A DNA stretch of 64,000 bases from Acidobacteriota bacterium. Its GTDB lineage: Bacteria; Acidobacteriota; UBA6911; RPQK01; JAJDTT01. A model generated the notes under the pieces. That model did no database searches. It worked only from the letters and a program-made list of their open reading frames with translations, and was not told the DNA's origin. The stretch spans positions 3,232,001 through 3,296,000 of the forward strand of contig OZ253580.1 in NCBI GenBank assembly GCA_965263035.1, in the 5' to 3' direction. Shown here piece after piece: positions 1-9,019 of this stretch. Position 1 is the first letter of the stretch, and the number at the start of each line of letters is the position of its first letter. Both the position numbers and the translations under genes were made by a program.

Positions 1-352
1 TGCCCACGCCGGGGACGGCGTAGAGTCGAGCCAGGTCCTTGGCCGCGACGGCCTCCAGAAATTCGTCGACCGGCATTCCCGACAGGATGGCAATTCCCAG
101 TCGAGGGCCGATGCCCGATACCTGGATGAGGCGCGTGAAAAGCTCCTTCTCTCTGACAGTGGAGAAACCATACAGACTGAGCTGATCCCCTTTCGCGTGA
201 GTGTAGATTTGCAGGGTGACAGCGTCGGACTCGGAACCCAACTCGTAGTAGGTCGAGAAGGGGATGTGAACCTCGTATCCGACTCCGCGAACGTCCACGA
301 TGATGCGGCCGGCCGACTTTTCCGCGAGGACGCCTGTAAGGCGAGCGATCAT
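1..352 (-). CDS. ruvA: Holliday junction branch migration protein RuvA (3' end runs off the window)
   Basis: Not in the ORF track. Manual translation from ATG at 352 gives MIARLTGVLAEKSAGRIIVDVRGVGYEVHIP...LYGF...LIQVSGIGPRLGIAILS, the typical RuvA N-terminus and HhH motif. Confidence 0.95.
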   Translation of the reverse strand, partial: MIARLTGVLAEKSAGRIIVDVRGVGYEVHIPFSTYYELGSESDAVTLQIYTHAKGDQLSLYGFSTVREKELFTRLIQVSGIGPRLGIAILSGMPVDEFLEAVAAKDLARLYAVPGVG

Positions 353-367
353 CTGCTGATTATACCG

Positions 368-1141
368 TCAGGCCGGAAGCTGCGAGTCCCGGACCTCTGG
401 ACCGGTAGCGGATTTGCGGTCTTGGAGGCCGCGGTCCATCTCGGCCAGGATCTTCCGGGCTTGCGCCAAGGGATCGGCGGCGTCGCGGATGGGCCGTCCC
501 ACGACCAGATAGTCGGCGCCGTCCCGGACCGCACGATAGGGAGTGACCACGCGTTTCTGGTCGTCGAGCCGATCCCCGCCGAGTCGGATGCCGGGGCAGA
601 CGAGGACCGGACCTCGACCCAACTCCCGGCGCAGCCTTCGCACACTCCGGCCGGAGCAGATCAGTCCATCGCAGCCGTTGGAGACCGCAGTCCGGGCTCT
701 CCACTCGACGTAGTCCTCCAAATCCCGGAACCGTCCTCCCGAACCCAGGCCAACGTTGTCTCGCAGGTCCTGGGCATCCACACTGGTCAGCAGGGTGACG
801 CAGAGCACCTGTAGCCGAGACCCGCTTTTCCCCTCTCGAGCGGCCGCCGCTCCGGCTCCCGTGTCGTGAATGGTGATGAAGCGGGCGCCCAGCCGCGAGG
901 CTGCGGCGACGGAACGGCGCATGGTCGCCGGTATGTCGTACAGCTTGAGGTCCAGGAAAACGTCCTGTCCCTCCCGGACCAGCCACCGCACCAGACCCGG
1001 CCCCTCCGAAACGAAAAGCTCGAGCCCCACCTTGAAGAAGCCCACGGAGGGGCGCAACGTGGCAACCAGGGCCTCGGCCTCGGCCCGGCTTCCCACATCC
1101 AGGGCGAAAATGAGCCCCCTCTCCGACGCGCCGGGACTCAT
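368..1141 (-). CDS. pyrF: Orotidine-5'-phosphate decarboxylase
   Basis: LIFALDV, FKVGLELF, DLKLYDIPAT, VCPGIR and VVGRPI motifs. Start moved to ATG 1141, which overlaps the upstream stop (ATGA). Confidence 0.95.
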   Translation of the reverse strand: MSPGASERGLIFALDVGSRAEAEALVATLRPSVGFFKVGLELFVSEGPGLVRWLVREGQDVFLDLKLYDIPATMRRSVAAASRLGARFITIHDTGAGAAAAREGKSGSRLQVLCVTLLTSVDAQDLRDNVGLGSGGRFRDLEDYVEWRARTAVSNGCDGLICSGRSVRRLRRELGRGPVLVCPGIRLGGDRLDDQKRVVTPYRAVRDGADYLVVGRPIRDAADPLAQARKILAEMDRGLQDRKSATGPEVRDSQLPA

Positions 1142-2241
1142 AGGGAGAGCAGGGGATTCTCTCGATTCTCCAGCGGGAGTTTGACGGGGCCTCCCTGGCG
1201 CTGGGACTCGAAGGCCGCCACGATCATCTCGGTGGCGCCGCGAGCCTCGTAAACGTTGCCCAGAGGGTCGCGGTCCTCCTCGATGGCCCGGATCAGATCT
1301 TCGGCGATCCAGACGTTTCCCGGGTGCGCGCCTCTCTTTTCCAATGGCTCCGGTTTGCCGACCCCGGTTGTGCTCACGCTGGTCCACTTGGAGCCGGTCC
1401 TGCCCGGCGACCACGCCGAGTCTTCCAGCAGGTGCACGTCGGGGACTGGGCCGGTGTAGGTTTCAAGCAGTCCTTTGGACCCCCGGATCGTGAGGCCGAA
1501 ACGAGTCGGTCTGCCGGCCGCGTTCCGGTGGCTCGAAAAATAGGCGCCCGCGCCGCTCTCCATGCCGTACATGGCCTCCACCCGGTCTCCGGCCAATGCG
1601 CCGATACCTTCGGCCCCGTCTACCACGTCAGCACGGGTCACCGGGCGTCCGTTCCGGGTGACCCGGGCGTAGCACCAGAGGGCGTTTCCCCCGAAAATAC
1701 GCATCAGGTCGAAGATGTGCGTCCCCAGGACCCACAAGTCCTCGCCGCCCCCTCGACGGTCCTCTTTGCCGCGGCCGCAGAATTCCAGAACCCGGCCCAG
1801 ACGTCCCTCGGCGATCAGGTCCTTCATCACCTGGATCTTGGGGCTGTAACGAGTCTGGTGGGCGATGGCCAGCTTGACGTGGGAACGCTCGCAGGCCTCC
1901 ACCATGGCGTCCGCCTCGGCCAGAGTGCGGCACATGGGCTTTTCCAGGAAGATGCTGGCTCCGAGCTCGGCGCAGGCCAACACCATGTCGTGGTGGCAGT
2001 CCAGCCACCGGGGAGCCACGCTCACGATCTGAGGACGTTCCTGCCGCAACATCTCCCGGAAGTCCGAGTAGCCGGCCTTGACGCCCAATCGTTCGGTCGC
2101 CTCCCGGAGACCCTTCTTGTCTTCATCGGCGACAGCGATCAGCTCCGCCTGGTCCACTGCCAGCCAGACCGTGTCCAGGCCGTGCCCATAGTTACCTCGG
2201 TTGGTCCGGCCGATGACGGCGACCCGGTATTTTTCGCTCAT
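1138..2241 (-). CDS. Gfo/Idh/MocA family oxidoreductase
   Basis: N-terminal Rossmann-like VAVIG, EKP motif (FLEKPM), GTHIFD. Confidence 0.9.
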   Translation of the reverse strand: MSEKYRVAVIGRTNRGNYGHGLDTVWLAVDQAELIAVADEDKKGLREATERLGVKAGYSDFREMLRQERPQIVSVAPRWLDCHHDMVLACAELGASIFLEKPMCRTLAEADAMVEACERSHVKLAIAHQTRYSPKIQVMKDLIAEGRLGRVLEFCGRGKEDRRGGGEDLWVLGTHIFDLMRIFGGNALWCYARVTRNGRPVTRADVVDGAEGIGALAGDRVEAMYGMESGAGAYFSSHRNAAGRPTRFGLTIRGSKGLLETYTGPVPDVHLLEDSAWSPGRTGSKWTSVSTTGVGKPEPLEKRGAHPGNVWIAEDLIRAIEEDRDPLGNVYEARGATEMIVAAFESQRQGGPVKLPLENRENPLLSL

Positions 2242-2281
2242 AGTCTCACCTCACAGAACAGGTTGGGGATAACGTCGATCT

Positions 2282-2447
2282 TAACAGTCCGTGGTGAAAG
2301 TCTCACGCAGCACCGAGACCGGGGCTGCGCCCGCCGGACAGGGCGCTCTGAGGGAGCATACCGGGAGTACGTGACCGAGGAGCAACGCAGTCCGCGCACG
2401 ATGCAGACCCGGTCGAATGCCGTGACGACTTTCGCCACGGGCTGTTA
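2282..2447. mobile_element. MITE-like palindromic repeat, family A, full copy
   Basis: Ends TAACAGTCCGTGGTGAAAG ... CTTTCGCCACGGGCTGTTA are imperfect TIRs with TA at both ends. Near-identical (inverted) to 34115-34279 and 13120-13449. Confidence 0.9.
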
Positions 2448-2609
2448 ACAGTTGGCAACCCGTGGCAAAAGTCGACTCGCCGTCGTCGCCGGACCGGCGG
2501 GCCAGGTTCTCCTCTGGCAAACTGTTGCCGGTAGGGCTAACCTGATGAACCACGCCCGGGACGATATTTCCGCGTCTCATCGGGTGGTTCGTGAATCGTG
2601 GAGTCGCAG

Positions 2610-4139
2610 ATGGGGTATGGTGCGGGCAGGTGGGGGGCTTGGCTGCTCCTGGGGCCTGTCCTGGTTGCGGCGGAACCCGCCTGGTGCCAGGAGCCGGCTT
2701 CCAACGCCGGTTCGGGGCCGCCGCCACGATTCGACTTGTCTTCAGCTTCCGGCCCTGAGTCCCGTCCGTCGCCCCTGGAACTGCTGCGCAAAGCGATTCT
2801 CCAACTCCGGCAGCTTCCCGACTCCAACCGCCGCGTGAAACGTTCGGTCGGCGACGTCGTGGAGGCCATCTCCGAAAGCCTGTCCCACCACGGAGACAGC
2901 CTTTACCTCGATGGAAGGCAGATCCGTTCGTATCCGGATGGAAAGAGGGTCTTCAAGTACGGCAAACGGGCACTGAGCCGGATCCAGCGGGGCTTCAATT
3001 CGGTGCGCGGGAACCGCGAGGTCCAGTCGGTCTTCGTGCGGGTGGCAAAGAATCTCCTCGAGGCTCAGACCGAGATCGCACGGGCCTCCATCGAGGCGGC
3101 CCAGCGGTTGAGCGCCATCGGTCTGGCGGACGAATGGCAGGTGGAAAGAGCCCTTCGGGAATTGGAGAGAGCCGGCCGGCACGATGATTCCAGGAAGGCC
3201 ATGGATGCCCTGAAGAAGGCCTGGGAGGTTTCACAGCAGGCGGTGCGCCGGCAGAGCCTGGCGGTCATGGCCTTCCGGGACTCTCCCGATCCGTTTTCAC
3301 CGGAGCTGGCAACCAGCATTCTGTCCATCACTTTCAAGATTCTGGCCCAGGGACACTATTCGCTGGGCTATGTTCGCGTAATTCAGGATCCGGCCAGTGG
3401 CGAGGTGATCCGGTTTTTGAACAATCGTCCCTGGGACGGCACGGACGGAACAGGACGCATGGTGCCCGACGGGAGCTATCCCTATCTGGCCTTCGGTCAG
3501 CTCACGAGGCTGACGGTGTACGACCGGCGCCGGGGGAGGATTTCTGTGCGCAAGCCGAGTGAGTATCGAGCCGCATCGTTTCCCATCACCGGAACCGTCA
3601 TGGTGGACGGCACGCCGCCCGTGCTCCAGGTCGAGACCACTCCCCCGCCGAACCGCCGCGGCTGGCACAATTCGGACGTGACCGTTTCGTTCAAGGCGCG
3701 AGACAACCTGGCCGGGTTGGCCAGTGTGAGTCCCGACCTGCAAATCACGACCGAAGGCCCGGTTCGGCGCCTGAGGGGTATGGCCGTCGATCGGGCGGGA
3801 AACAGCACTTCCCTGGATCTGGAAGTCAAACTGGACAAGCAGCCACCCTCGATCGAGGTGACGTGGCCCACGACGGGGTCCCGGCTGGAAGAGGGGGGCC
3901 TCAGGTTGACGGGGGTGGTTCGAGACGCGCTCTCCGGGGTCGCCCAAGTGACTTGCAACGGACAGCCGGTCCGGTCTCGGGGCACGGAGTTCAGCTGCGA
4001 CCTGCGGCTCCGGGAGGGAGAGAATCAAATTCGAGTGGAGGCAGTCGATCATGCGGGAAACGACGCGTTGGCCTCGATTCGGGTGCACGGCCTGTCGCCC
4101 GCCGCGGCGGCGGGGCATTTCCCTGCCGGAAGGGAATAG
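2610..4139 (+). CDS. Secreted protein with helical N-terminal region, FlgD-like Ig domain and further Ig-like repeats
   Basis: Signal-like hydrophobic N-terminus, WDGTDGTGRMVPDGSY (FlgD Ig motif), DGTPP/DKQPP and AVDxAGN Ig-repeat motifs. Start uncertain (2598 or 2610). Confidence 0.65.
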   Translation: MGYGAGRWGAWLLLGPVLVAAEPAWCQEPASNAGSGPPPRFDLSSASGPESRPSPLELLRKAILQLRQLPDSNRRVKRSVGDVVEAISESLSHHGDSLYLDGRQIRSYPDGKRVFKYGKRALSRIQRGFNSVRGNREVQSVFVRVAKNLLEAQTEIARASIEAAQRLSAIGLADEWQVERALRELERAGRHDDSRKAMDALKKAWEVSQQAVRRQSLAVMAFRDSPDPFSPELATSILSITFKILAQGHYSLGYVRVIQDPASGEVIRFLNNRPWDGTDGTGRMVPDGSYPYLAFGQLTRLTVYDRRRGRISVRKPSEYRAASFPITGTVMVDGTPPVLQVETTPPPNRRGWHNSDVTVSFKARDNLAGLASVSPDLQITTEGPVRRLRGMAVDRAGNSTSLDLEVKLDKQPPSIEVTWPTTGSRLEEGGLRLTGVVRDALSGVAQVTCNGQPVRSRGTEFSCDLRLREGENQIRVEAVDHAGNDALASIRVHGLSPAAAAGHFPAGRE

Positions 4140-4141
4140 GA

Positions 4142-5404
4142 ATGCGCGTATCTCTTCCTTGCCTGCCTCGATGGTTGTTCCCGTTTTTCCTGGGGATTCC
4201 GTTCTACCTGCCGCTGCCGGCGGAGACGGGAGGAGAGGATTGGCCCCGGTTCCTGGGTCCTCGGGGAGACGGCAGCTCAAGCGAGACGGGCTTGCTGGAA
4301 GGTTGGTCCGAAGAGGGTCCGCCCCTGGTCTGGGAACGGAGGCTGGGGCAGTCGTTCAGTCCGCCCGTGACCTCTGCCGGCCGTATCGTCGTATTTCACC
4401 GGGTTCGGGGCGAGGAGATCGTGGAGTGTCTCGAAGCCGGGACTGGCCGTCCCATCTGGAAGCAGCGATATCCCACTCGCTATCTGGATCGTTACGGTTA
4501 CAACAACGGCCCCCGATCCTCCCCAGCCATCGACGGGGACCGTGTCTACACCTTCGGGGCCGAGGGAAAGCTCACATGCCTGGACTTTTCCTCCGGTCGA
4601 ATCCTCTGGCAGCGTTGGATCAACCGAGACTACCGCGTCCCCCGGAACTTTTTCGGCGTCGGTTCGGCGCCGGTGGTCGAAGGGAATCGAATCCTGCTGA
4701 ATGCGGGCGGCGACGGCGCGGGTGTCCTGGCGGTGGAAAAGAACTCGGGTGAGACCATCTGGAAGACCGGCGATGACGAGGCGAGCTACTCAACGCCGGC
4801 CGTCGTCGATCTGGACGGACGCCGAGTCGCCATGTTCTTGACCCGGGGGGGCTTCCTGGCGGTGGACGCGACGAACGGCCGGGAACTGTACCGCTATCCT
4901 TTCCGTTCCCGCAGCTATGAATCGGTCAATGCCGCCACGCCGGTCGTGGTGGGCAACCACGTCTTTCTCTCGGCGACTTACAATACGGGAGCCGTTCTGC
5001 TGGAACTGGGTTCGCAAGGTGTGGCGGAAGTCTGGCGGGACCGGCTGGCGATGCAGAATCACTGGGCCACGAGTCTCTACCGGGACGGTTACCTGTATGG
5101 AGTGGACGGCCGGCACGAGGGACAGGCCAACCTGCGTTGCATCGAGCTTCTGACGGGTGCGGTTCGCTGGAAATCACCTCGGGGCCTGGGCCGATCCAGT
5201 TTTGTCCTGGCCGAGGGTCGACTCATTCTGTTGGGGGAGCGGGGAGATCTGGCTCTGGTGGAACTGAGTCCGGACTCGTATCGAGAGAAGGCTCGTGCAC
5301 GGGTTCTGACCTACCCCTGCTGGGCTCCACCCGTTCTCTCCCACGGGCTTCTCTATCTTCGCAACGAAATCCGTCTGATCTGCCTGGATATGAGAAAGAA
5401 GTGA
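4142..5404 (+). CDS. PQQ-like beta-propeller repeat protein (BamB-like family)
   Basis: DWPRFLGPRGDG N-terminal motif, repeated G..xW blades and SSP/STP motifs, C-terminal WAPPVLSHGLLYLRN. Confidence 0.9.
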   Translation: MRVSLPCLPRWLFPFFLGIPFYLPLPAETGGEDWPRFLGPRGDGSSSETGLLEGWSEEGPPLVWERRLGQSFSPPVTSAGRIVVFHRVRGEEIVECLEAGTGRPIWKQRYPTRYLDRYGYNNGPRSSPAIDGDRVYTFGAEGKLTCLDFSSGRILWQRWINRDYRVPRNFFGVGSAPVVEGNRILLNAGGDGAGVLAVEKNSGETIWKTGDDEASYSTPAVVDLDGRRVAMFLTRGGFLAVDATNGRELYRYPFRSRSYESVNAATPVVVGNHVFLSATYNTGAVLLELGSQGVAEVWRDRLAMQNHWATSLYRDGYLYGVDGRHEGQANLRCIELLTGAVRWKSPRGLGRSSFVLAEGRLILLGERGDLALVELSPDSYREKARARVLTYPCWAPPVLSHGLLYLRNEIRLICLDMRKK

Positions 5405-5483
5405 ACTGTTCTTTCTCCCGCTCGAAATGAATCCCGGGAGATCGCCGCACCTGGGACCGGGGCGGGGGGCGCCCCTGCAGCTC

Positions 5484-5535
5484 CCGGCGCAGGTCCCGTT
5501 CTTGCGCGACGTGGGACTCTCGGCACCGGCTGGTA
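5484..5535. repeat. Degenerate terminal fragment of family A element
   Basis: GGCGCAGGTCCCGTTCTTGCGCGACGTGGGACTCTCGGCACCGGCTGGTA aligns by eye to the A end GGCGCAGCCCCGGTCTCGGTGCTACGCGGGACTTTCACCACGGACTGCTA. Confidence 0.6.
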
Positions 5536-5539
5536 TACT
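5531..5539 (+). promoter_or_regulatory. Putative extended -10 (TGG-TATACT), leaderless configuration
   Basis: Lies 6 nt before the GTG start at 5546, with no Shine-Dalgarno. Confidence 0.6.
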
Positions 5540-5545
5540 CCCGCC

Positions 5546-6751
5546 GTGATCCGGGCCCTTCAGGTCAGCAAGGTCTACAGGTCCTACCCGGGTCCATTCG
5601 CCCTGTTGCGGGAGATCATTTCAGGGAGACCTTCCCATCGGTCCTTCGCGGCCCTGGAATCGGTCAGCTTTCAAGTACGACGCGGTGAAGGTTTCGGCAT
5701 CGTCGGCAACAACGGAGCAGGGAAGTCGACCCTGCTCAAGATATTGGCCGGGACCTGCGCTCCCAGCGGCGGAGAAGTCCATCTCCAGGGCCGAGTGGCC
5801 GCGCTTCTGGAATTGGGCGTCGGTTTCGACCCGGAGTTTACGGGACGGCGCAACCTCTATTTCGGGGGCACCCTGGCCGGTTTTTCCAGGGATGAGATCG
5901 CACGCCGCGAGTCCGAGATCATCGATTTCAGTGGTCTTGGCGACGAGATCGATCGACCGGTCAAGACCTACTCCGCGGGCATGATGCTGCGACTGGCCTT
6001 CTCCCTGGCGACCAGTTTCGAGCCGGATGTCCTGATTGTCGACGAGGTCCTGGCCGTGGGAGACGGTGAGTTCCAGCGCAGGTGTCTTGATCGTATTCAG
6101 GGTCTCCGGGATCGGGGCTGCACTGCCGTCCTATGCTCCCACGCCCTCCATCAGATAGAGACCTTCTGTTCCCGAGCCCTCTGGCTGCATCGGGGGCGGG
6201 TCCAGGCGATGGGTTCAAGCCGCGAGGTGGTCGGGCGATACCGTGAGTTCTGTCAGACCGGAAGCCGGGAGTGGGATCCGGTTCAGGCCCAGGCGGCCGG
6301 TTCTCGAAAGATCTGCTGGATCGAGGATGTCAAGCTCGAACGTCCCCGGACCGGACCTTTCCGGACTGGCGAAAGTTTGAAGTTGGACGTTTCGGCCCGC
6401 TTTCTCCCCGAGTTCCACGGGACTCCCGGTCTGGGGGTCGCCGTGGTGCGAGACGATGGAGTTGTCGTCTACGTCACCAGCACTGTCTTCGACGGCGTCC
6501 CGCTCCGGAAGGCCGGCCCCGGTGAATACCATGCCAGAGTGGTCTTTCCTCGCTTGGCTCTGCTCGAAGGCCGCTACTACTTCAACGTCGTGGCCACCGA
6601 TACCGCAGGTCTCCAGTCCTACGATCTGGCCGAGAAGAAGGAACCCTTCTCCGTTACCCACAGCGGTTCCGATTCGGGTCTTCTGCAGCTACGGATGGAA
6701 TGGGGGCTAGGAGCCTGCGCGGCAGAAATTGATCTACTGCGAAAGCGGTAG
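5546..6751 (+). CDS. Polysaccharide ABC exporter ATP-binding subunit (Wzt-like, with C-terminal Wzt_C domain)
   Basis: GNNGAGKSTL, YSAGM, DEVLAVGD motifs and a C-terminal Ig-like domain. The last ~13 codons are encoded by repeat B. Confidence 0.9.
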   Translation: MIRALQVSKVYRSYPGPFALLREIISGRPSHRSFAALESVSFQVRRGEGFGIVGNNGAGKSTLLKILAGTCAPSGGEVHLQGRVAALLELGVGFDPEFTGRRNLYFGGTLAGFSRDEIARRESEIIDFSGLGDEIDRPVKTYSAGMMLRLAFSLATSFEPDVLIVDEVLAVGDGEFQRRCLDRIQGLRDRGCTAVLCSHALHQIETFCSRALWLHRGRVQAMGSSREVVGRYREFCQTGSREWDPVQAQAAGSRKICWIEDVKLERPRTGPFRTGESLKLDVSARFLPEFHGTPGLGVAVVRDDGVVVYVTSTVFDGVPLRKAGPGEYHARVVFPRLALLEGRYYFNVVATDTAGLQSYDLAEKKEPFSVTHSGSDSGLLQLRMEWGLGACAAEIDLLRKR

Positions 6752-6872
6752 AATCGGTCCATATTTCCCCGATTTCTCGGCGAATAGAACGACTATGCAC
6801 CTCAAAATCGAGAAAATCTGGCCTCGATTCCCCGCTTTCTCGCTACGATCATTCCTACCGCGCAGACTCCTA
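6708..6872. mobile_element. MITE-like palindromic repeat, family B, full copy
   Basis: TAGGAGCCTGCGCGG ... CCGCGCAGACTCCTA TIRs with CTAG at both ends. Near-identical inverted copies at 13198-13362 and 35705-35869. Confidence 0.92.
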
Positions 6873-6933
6873 GGAGAGAAAAGAGGAAAAAGGAAAGAGG
6901 AGAGAGAGAAGAGGAGGAGTGGGGAGTGAGGAA
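6872..6933 (+). repeat. Polypurine tract with degenerate 7-bp periodicity
   Basis: GAGAAAA GAGGAAA AAGGAAA GAGGAGA GAGAGAA ... GAGGAGT GGGGAGT; no pyrimidine from 6872 to 6919. Confidence 0.7.
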
Positions 6934-8983
6934 CTCCGCCGCCGAACGGGTACGTAGCGAAGATCTCATCGCCCTGGGGTTGAAAACTCCGGAAGCCCGG
7001 CGGCTATCGTCGGAAGTGAACCGTCTGTTGGGCACTTGCTCCTCCGTCGAATGCTGGCGACGGATCAGTGGCGGCCTCCTGAGTCCGGCTCATCCGTTCC
7101 CGGTCCACCAGCTGCTGCACAGGACTGTGTTCGACAACGAGCGCGAGACGGGCCCCCCGCCCATTTTCGTCCCGGCGCCGGATTCCATCCAGGAATCGAA
7201 CCTGGCGCGAATCCAGGAGCAACTGGGTCTGGATTCGTATGCCGAACTTCACTCCTGGACCGTAGTGAACCGCTCCGGGTACTGGGAGTTGATGATCCGG
7301 CATCTGGGGATCCGGTTCCGGACTCCGCCGGTCCGGATCCTGGATTCGACACCCGATGTGGAAAACGTGAGGTGGCTGCCCGGCGCCAGACTGAACATCG
7401 CCGAGAGCTGTTTTGACCGTGGAGCGGAACCGGCCGTCGTTTATCAGAGGGAGGGGGCGCCCCTTTCCAGTCTGACTCGGAAGGAGTTGGACTCGCTGTC
7501 GAACCGTGTCGCCAACGCGCTTCCCCTCCTGGGAGTGGATCGGGGTGACTCGGTTGCCATCGACATGCCCATGAACGTCGAGGCCGTGGCCATCTATCTG
7601 GGTATCATCAAGGCGGGTTGTGTGGCGCTGACCATAGCCGAAAGCTTTTCCGCCCCGGAGGTCCGGACCCGGCTCAGAGTCGGAGAGGCCAAGGCCCTCT
7701 TTACCCAGGACCGGATTCTGCGCGGTTCCCGGGAGCTTCCCCTTTACACCAGGATGACGGAGGCCGGCGCGCCGGTGACGGTGGTGGTGCCGGCCCAGGG
7801 ACGTCTCTCCGAGCCGCTGCGGGAGGGAGACCTGTCGTGGGATGATTTCCTGTGTGACAACGATGTTTTTCAGGCGGTGGCGTGCGATCCCGACGACGCC
7901 ATCAACATTCTCTTCTCCTCGGGGACCACGGGTGAGCCCAAGGCCATTCCGTTCACCCACCTGACCCCCATCAAGTGCGCCGCCGACGGATGTCTGCATC
8001 AGGATATTCGGGAAGGAGACGTGGTGGCATGGCCCACCAGCTTGGGATGGATGATGGGACCCTGGTTGATCTATGCTTCCCTCATCAATGGAGCCACCAT
8101 CGCTCTCTTCGACGGCATTCCCACGTCCAGGTCGTTCTGCGAGTTCGTGCAGGATGCGAAAGTGAACGTTCTGGGGGTCGTGCCCACTCTGGTCGGGGCT
8201 TGGCGGGCCGGAGGCTGCGCGGAAGGACTCGACTGGTCCTCCGTCAGGGTCTTCACCTCCACGGGAGAGTGCTCGAATCCCGACGACATGCACTATTTGA
8301 CCTCCAGGGCGGGGTACCGGCCGGTGGTCGAGTATTGCGGCGGAACCGAGATCGGCGGCGCCTACATCACCGGCACCGTGGTGCAAACTTCCGTTGCCTC
8401 AGCCTTCTCGACGGCGGCTCTGGGCATGAGTCTGACCATTCTGGATCGGCGTGGCGACGAGTCCGATCAGGGTGAGATTTTCATCGTTTCCCCCTCCATC
8501 GGGCTCTCCACGCGCCTGTTGAACCGAAACCACCATCGGGAGTATTTCGCCGGGACGCCCCAGGGGCCGGGAGGGATCCTGCTGCGGCGTCATGGAGATC
8601 GGATGGAGCGGCTCGACAATGGTTACTACCGGGCGCAGGGGCGAATCGACGACACCATGAACCTGGGTGGCATCAAGGTGGGGTCGGCAGAGATCGAACG
8701 AGTCTTGAATCGGGTGCCGGGGATCGGAGAGACGGCGGCTGTGGCGGTCTCTCCTCCCGGTGGAGGCGCGACCCGGCTGGTGGTCTACGTCGTCCTTGCC
8801 ACGCCGGATCCGGAGTTCGGCGAGGAGGGACTCTTACGGATTTTTCAGAGGGCGATTGCGGATCGGCTCAACCCCCTTTTCAGGTTGCACGATGTGAAGG
8901 TGGTCCGACAAATGCCCCGCACCGCCTCCAACAAGATCCTGCGGCGGCAGTTGCGTTCCCGATATTCGGGGCCGGACTCGTGA
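6926..8983 (+). CDS. AMP-dependent acyl-CoA synthetase (acetate-CoA ligase-like; resembles plant AAE17/18 type)
   Basis: FSSGTTGEPKA AMP-binding motif, YCGGTEIGG, GRIDDTMNLGGIK, PRTASNKILRR. Confidence 0.9.
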   Translation: MRNSAAERVRSEDLIALGLKTPEARRLSSEVNRLLGTCSSVECWRRISGGLLSPAHPFPVHQLLHRTVFDNERETGPPPIFVPAPDSIQESNLARIQEQLGLDSYAELHSWTVVNRSGYWELMIRHLGIRFRTPPVRILDSTPDVENVRWLPGARLNIAESCFDRGAEPAVVYQREGAPLSSLTRKELDSLSNRVANALPLLGVDRGDSVAIDMPMNVEAVAIYLGIIKAGCVALTIAESFSAPEVRTRLRVGEAKALFTQDRILRGSRELPLYTRMTEAGAPVTVVVPAQGRLSEPLREGDLSWDDFLCDNDVFQAVACDPDDAINILFSSGTTGEPKAIPFTHLTPIKCAADGCLHQDIREGDVVAWPTSLGWMMGPWLIYASLINGATIALFDGIPTSRSFCEFVQDAKVNVLGVVPTLVGAWRAGGCAEGLDWSSVRVFTSTGECSNPDDMHYLTSRAGYRPVVEYCGGTEIGGAYITGTVVQTSVASAFSTAALGMSLTILDRRGDESDQGEIFIVSPSIGLSTRLLNRNHHREYFAGTPQGPGGILLRRHGDRMERLDNGYYRAQGRIDDTMNLGGIKVGSAEIERVLNRVPGIGETAAVAVSPPGGGATRLVVYVVLATPDPEFGEEGLLRIFQRAIADRLNPLFRLHDVKVVRQMPRTASNKILRRQLRSRYSGPDS

Positions 8984-9019
8984 TCAGGAATCCGTGCACA
9001 TGCAGGAGACCGGCGCATC

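Noticed and set aside
2238-2438. Recurrent small ORFs MAKVVTAFDR.../MAKAVTAFDR... (also 34124) and MIYCESGRIGP... (6729, 35477)
   Set aside because: They are translations of repeats A and B. Their similarity reflects DNA repeats, and their ends differ by locus.
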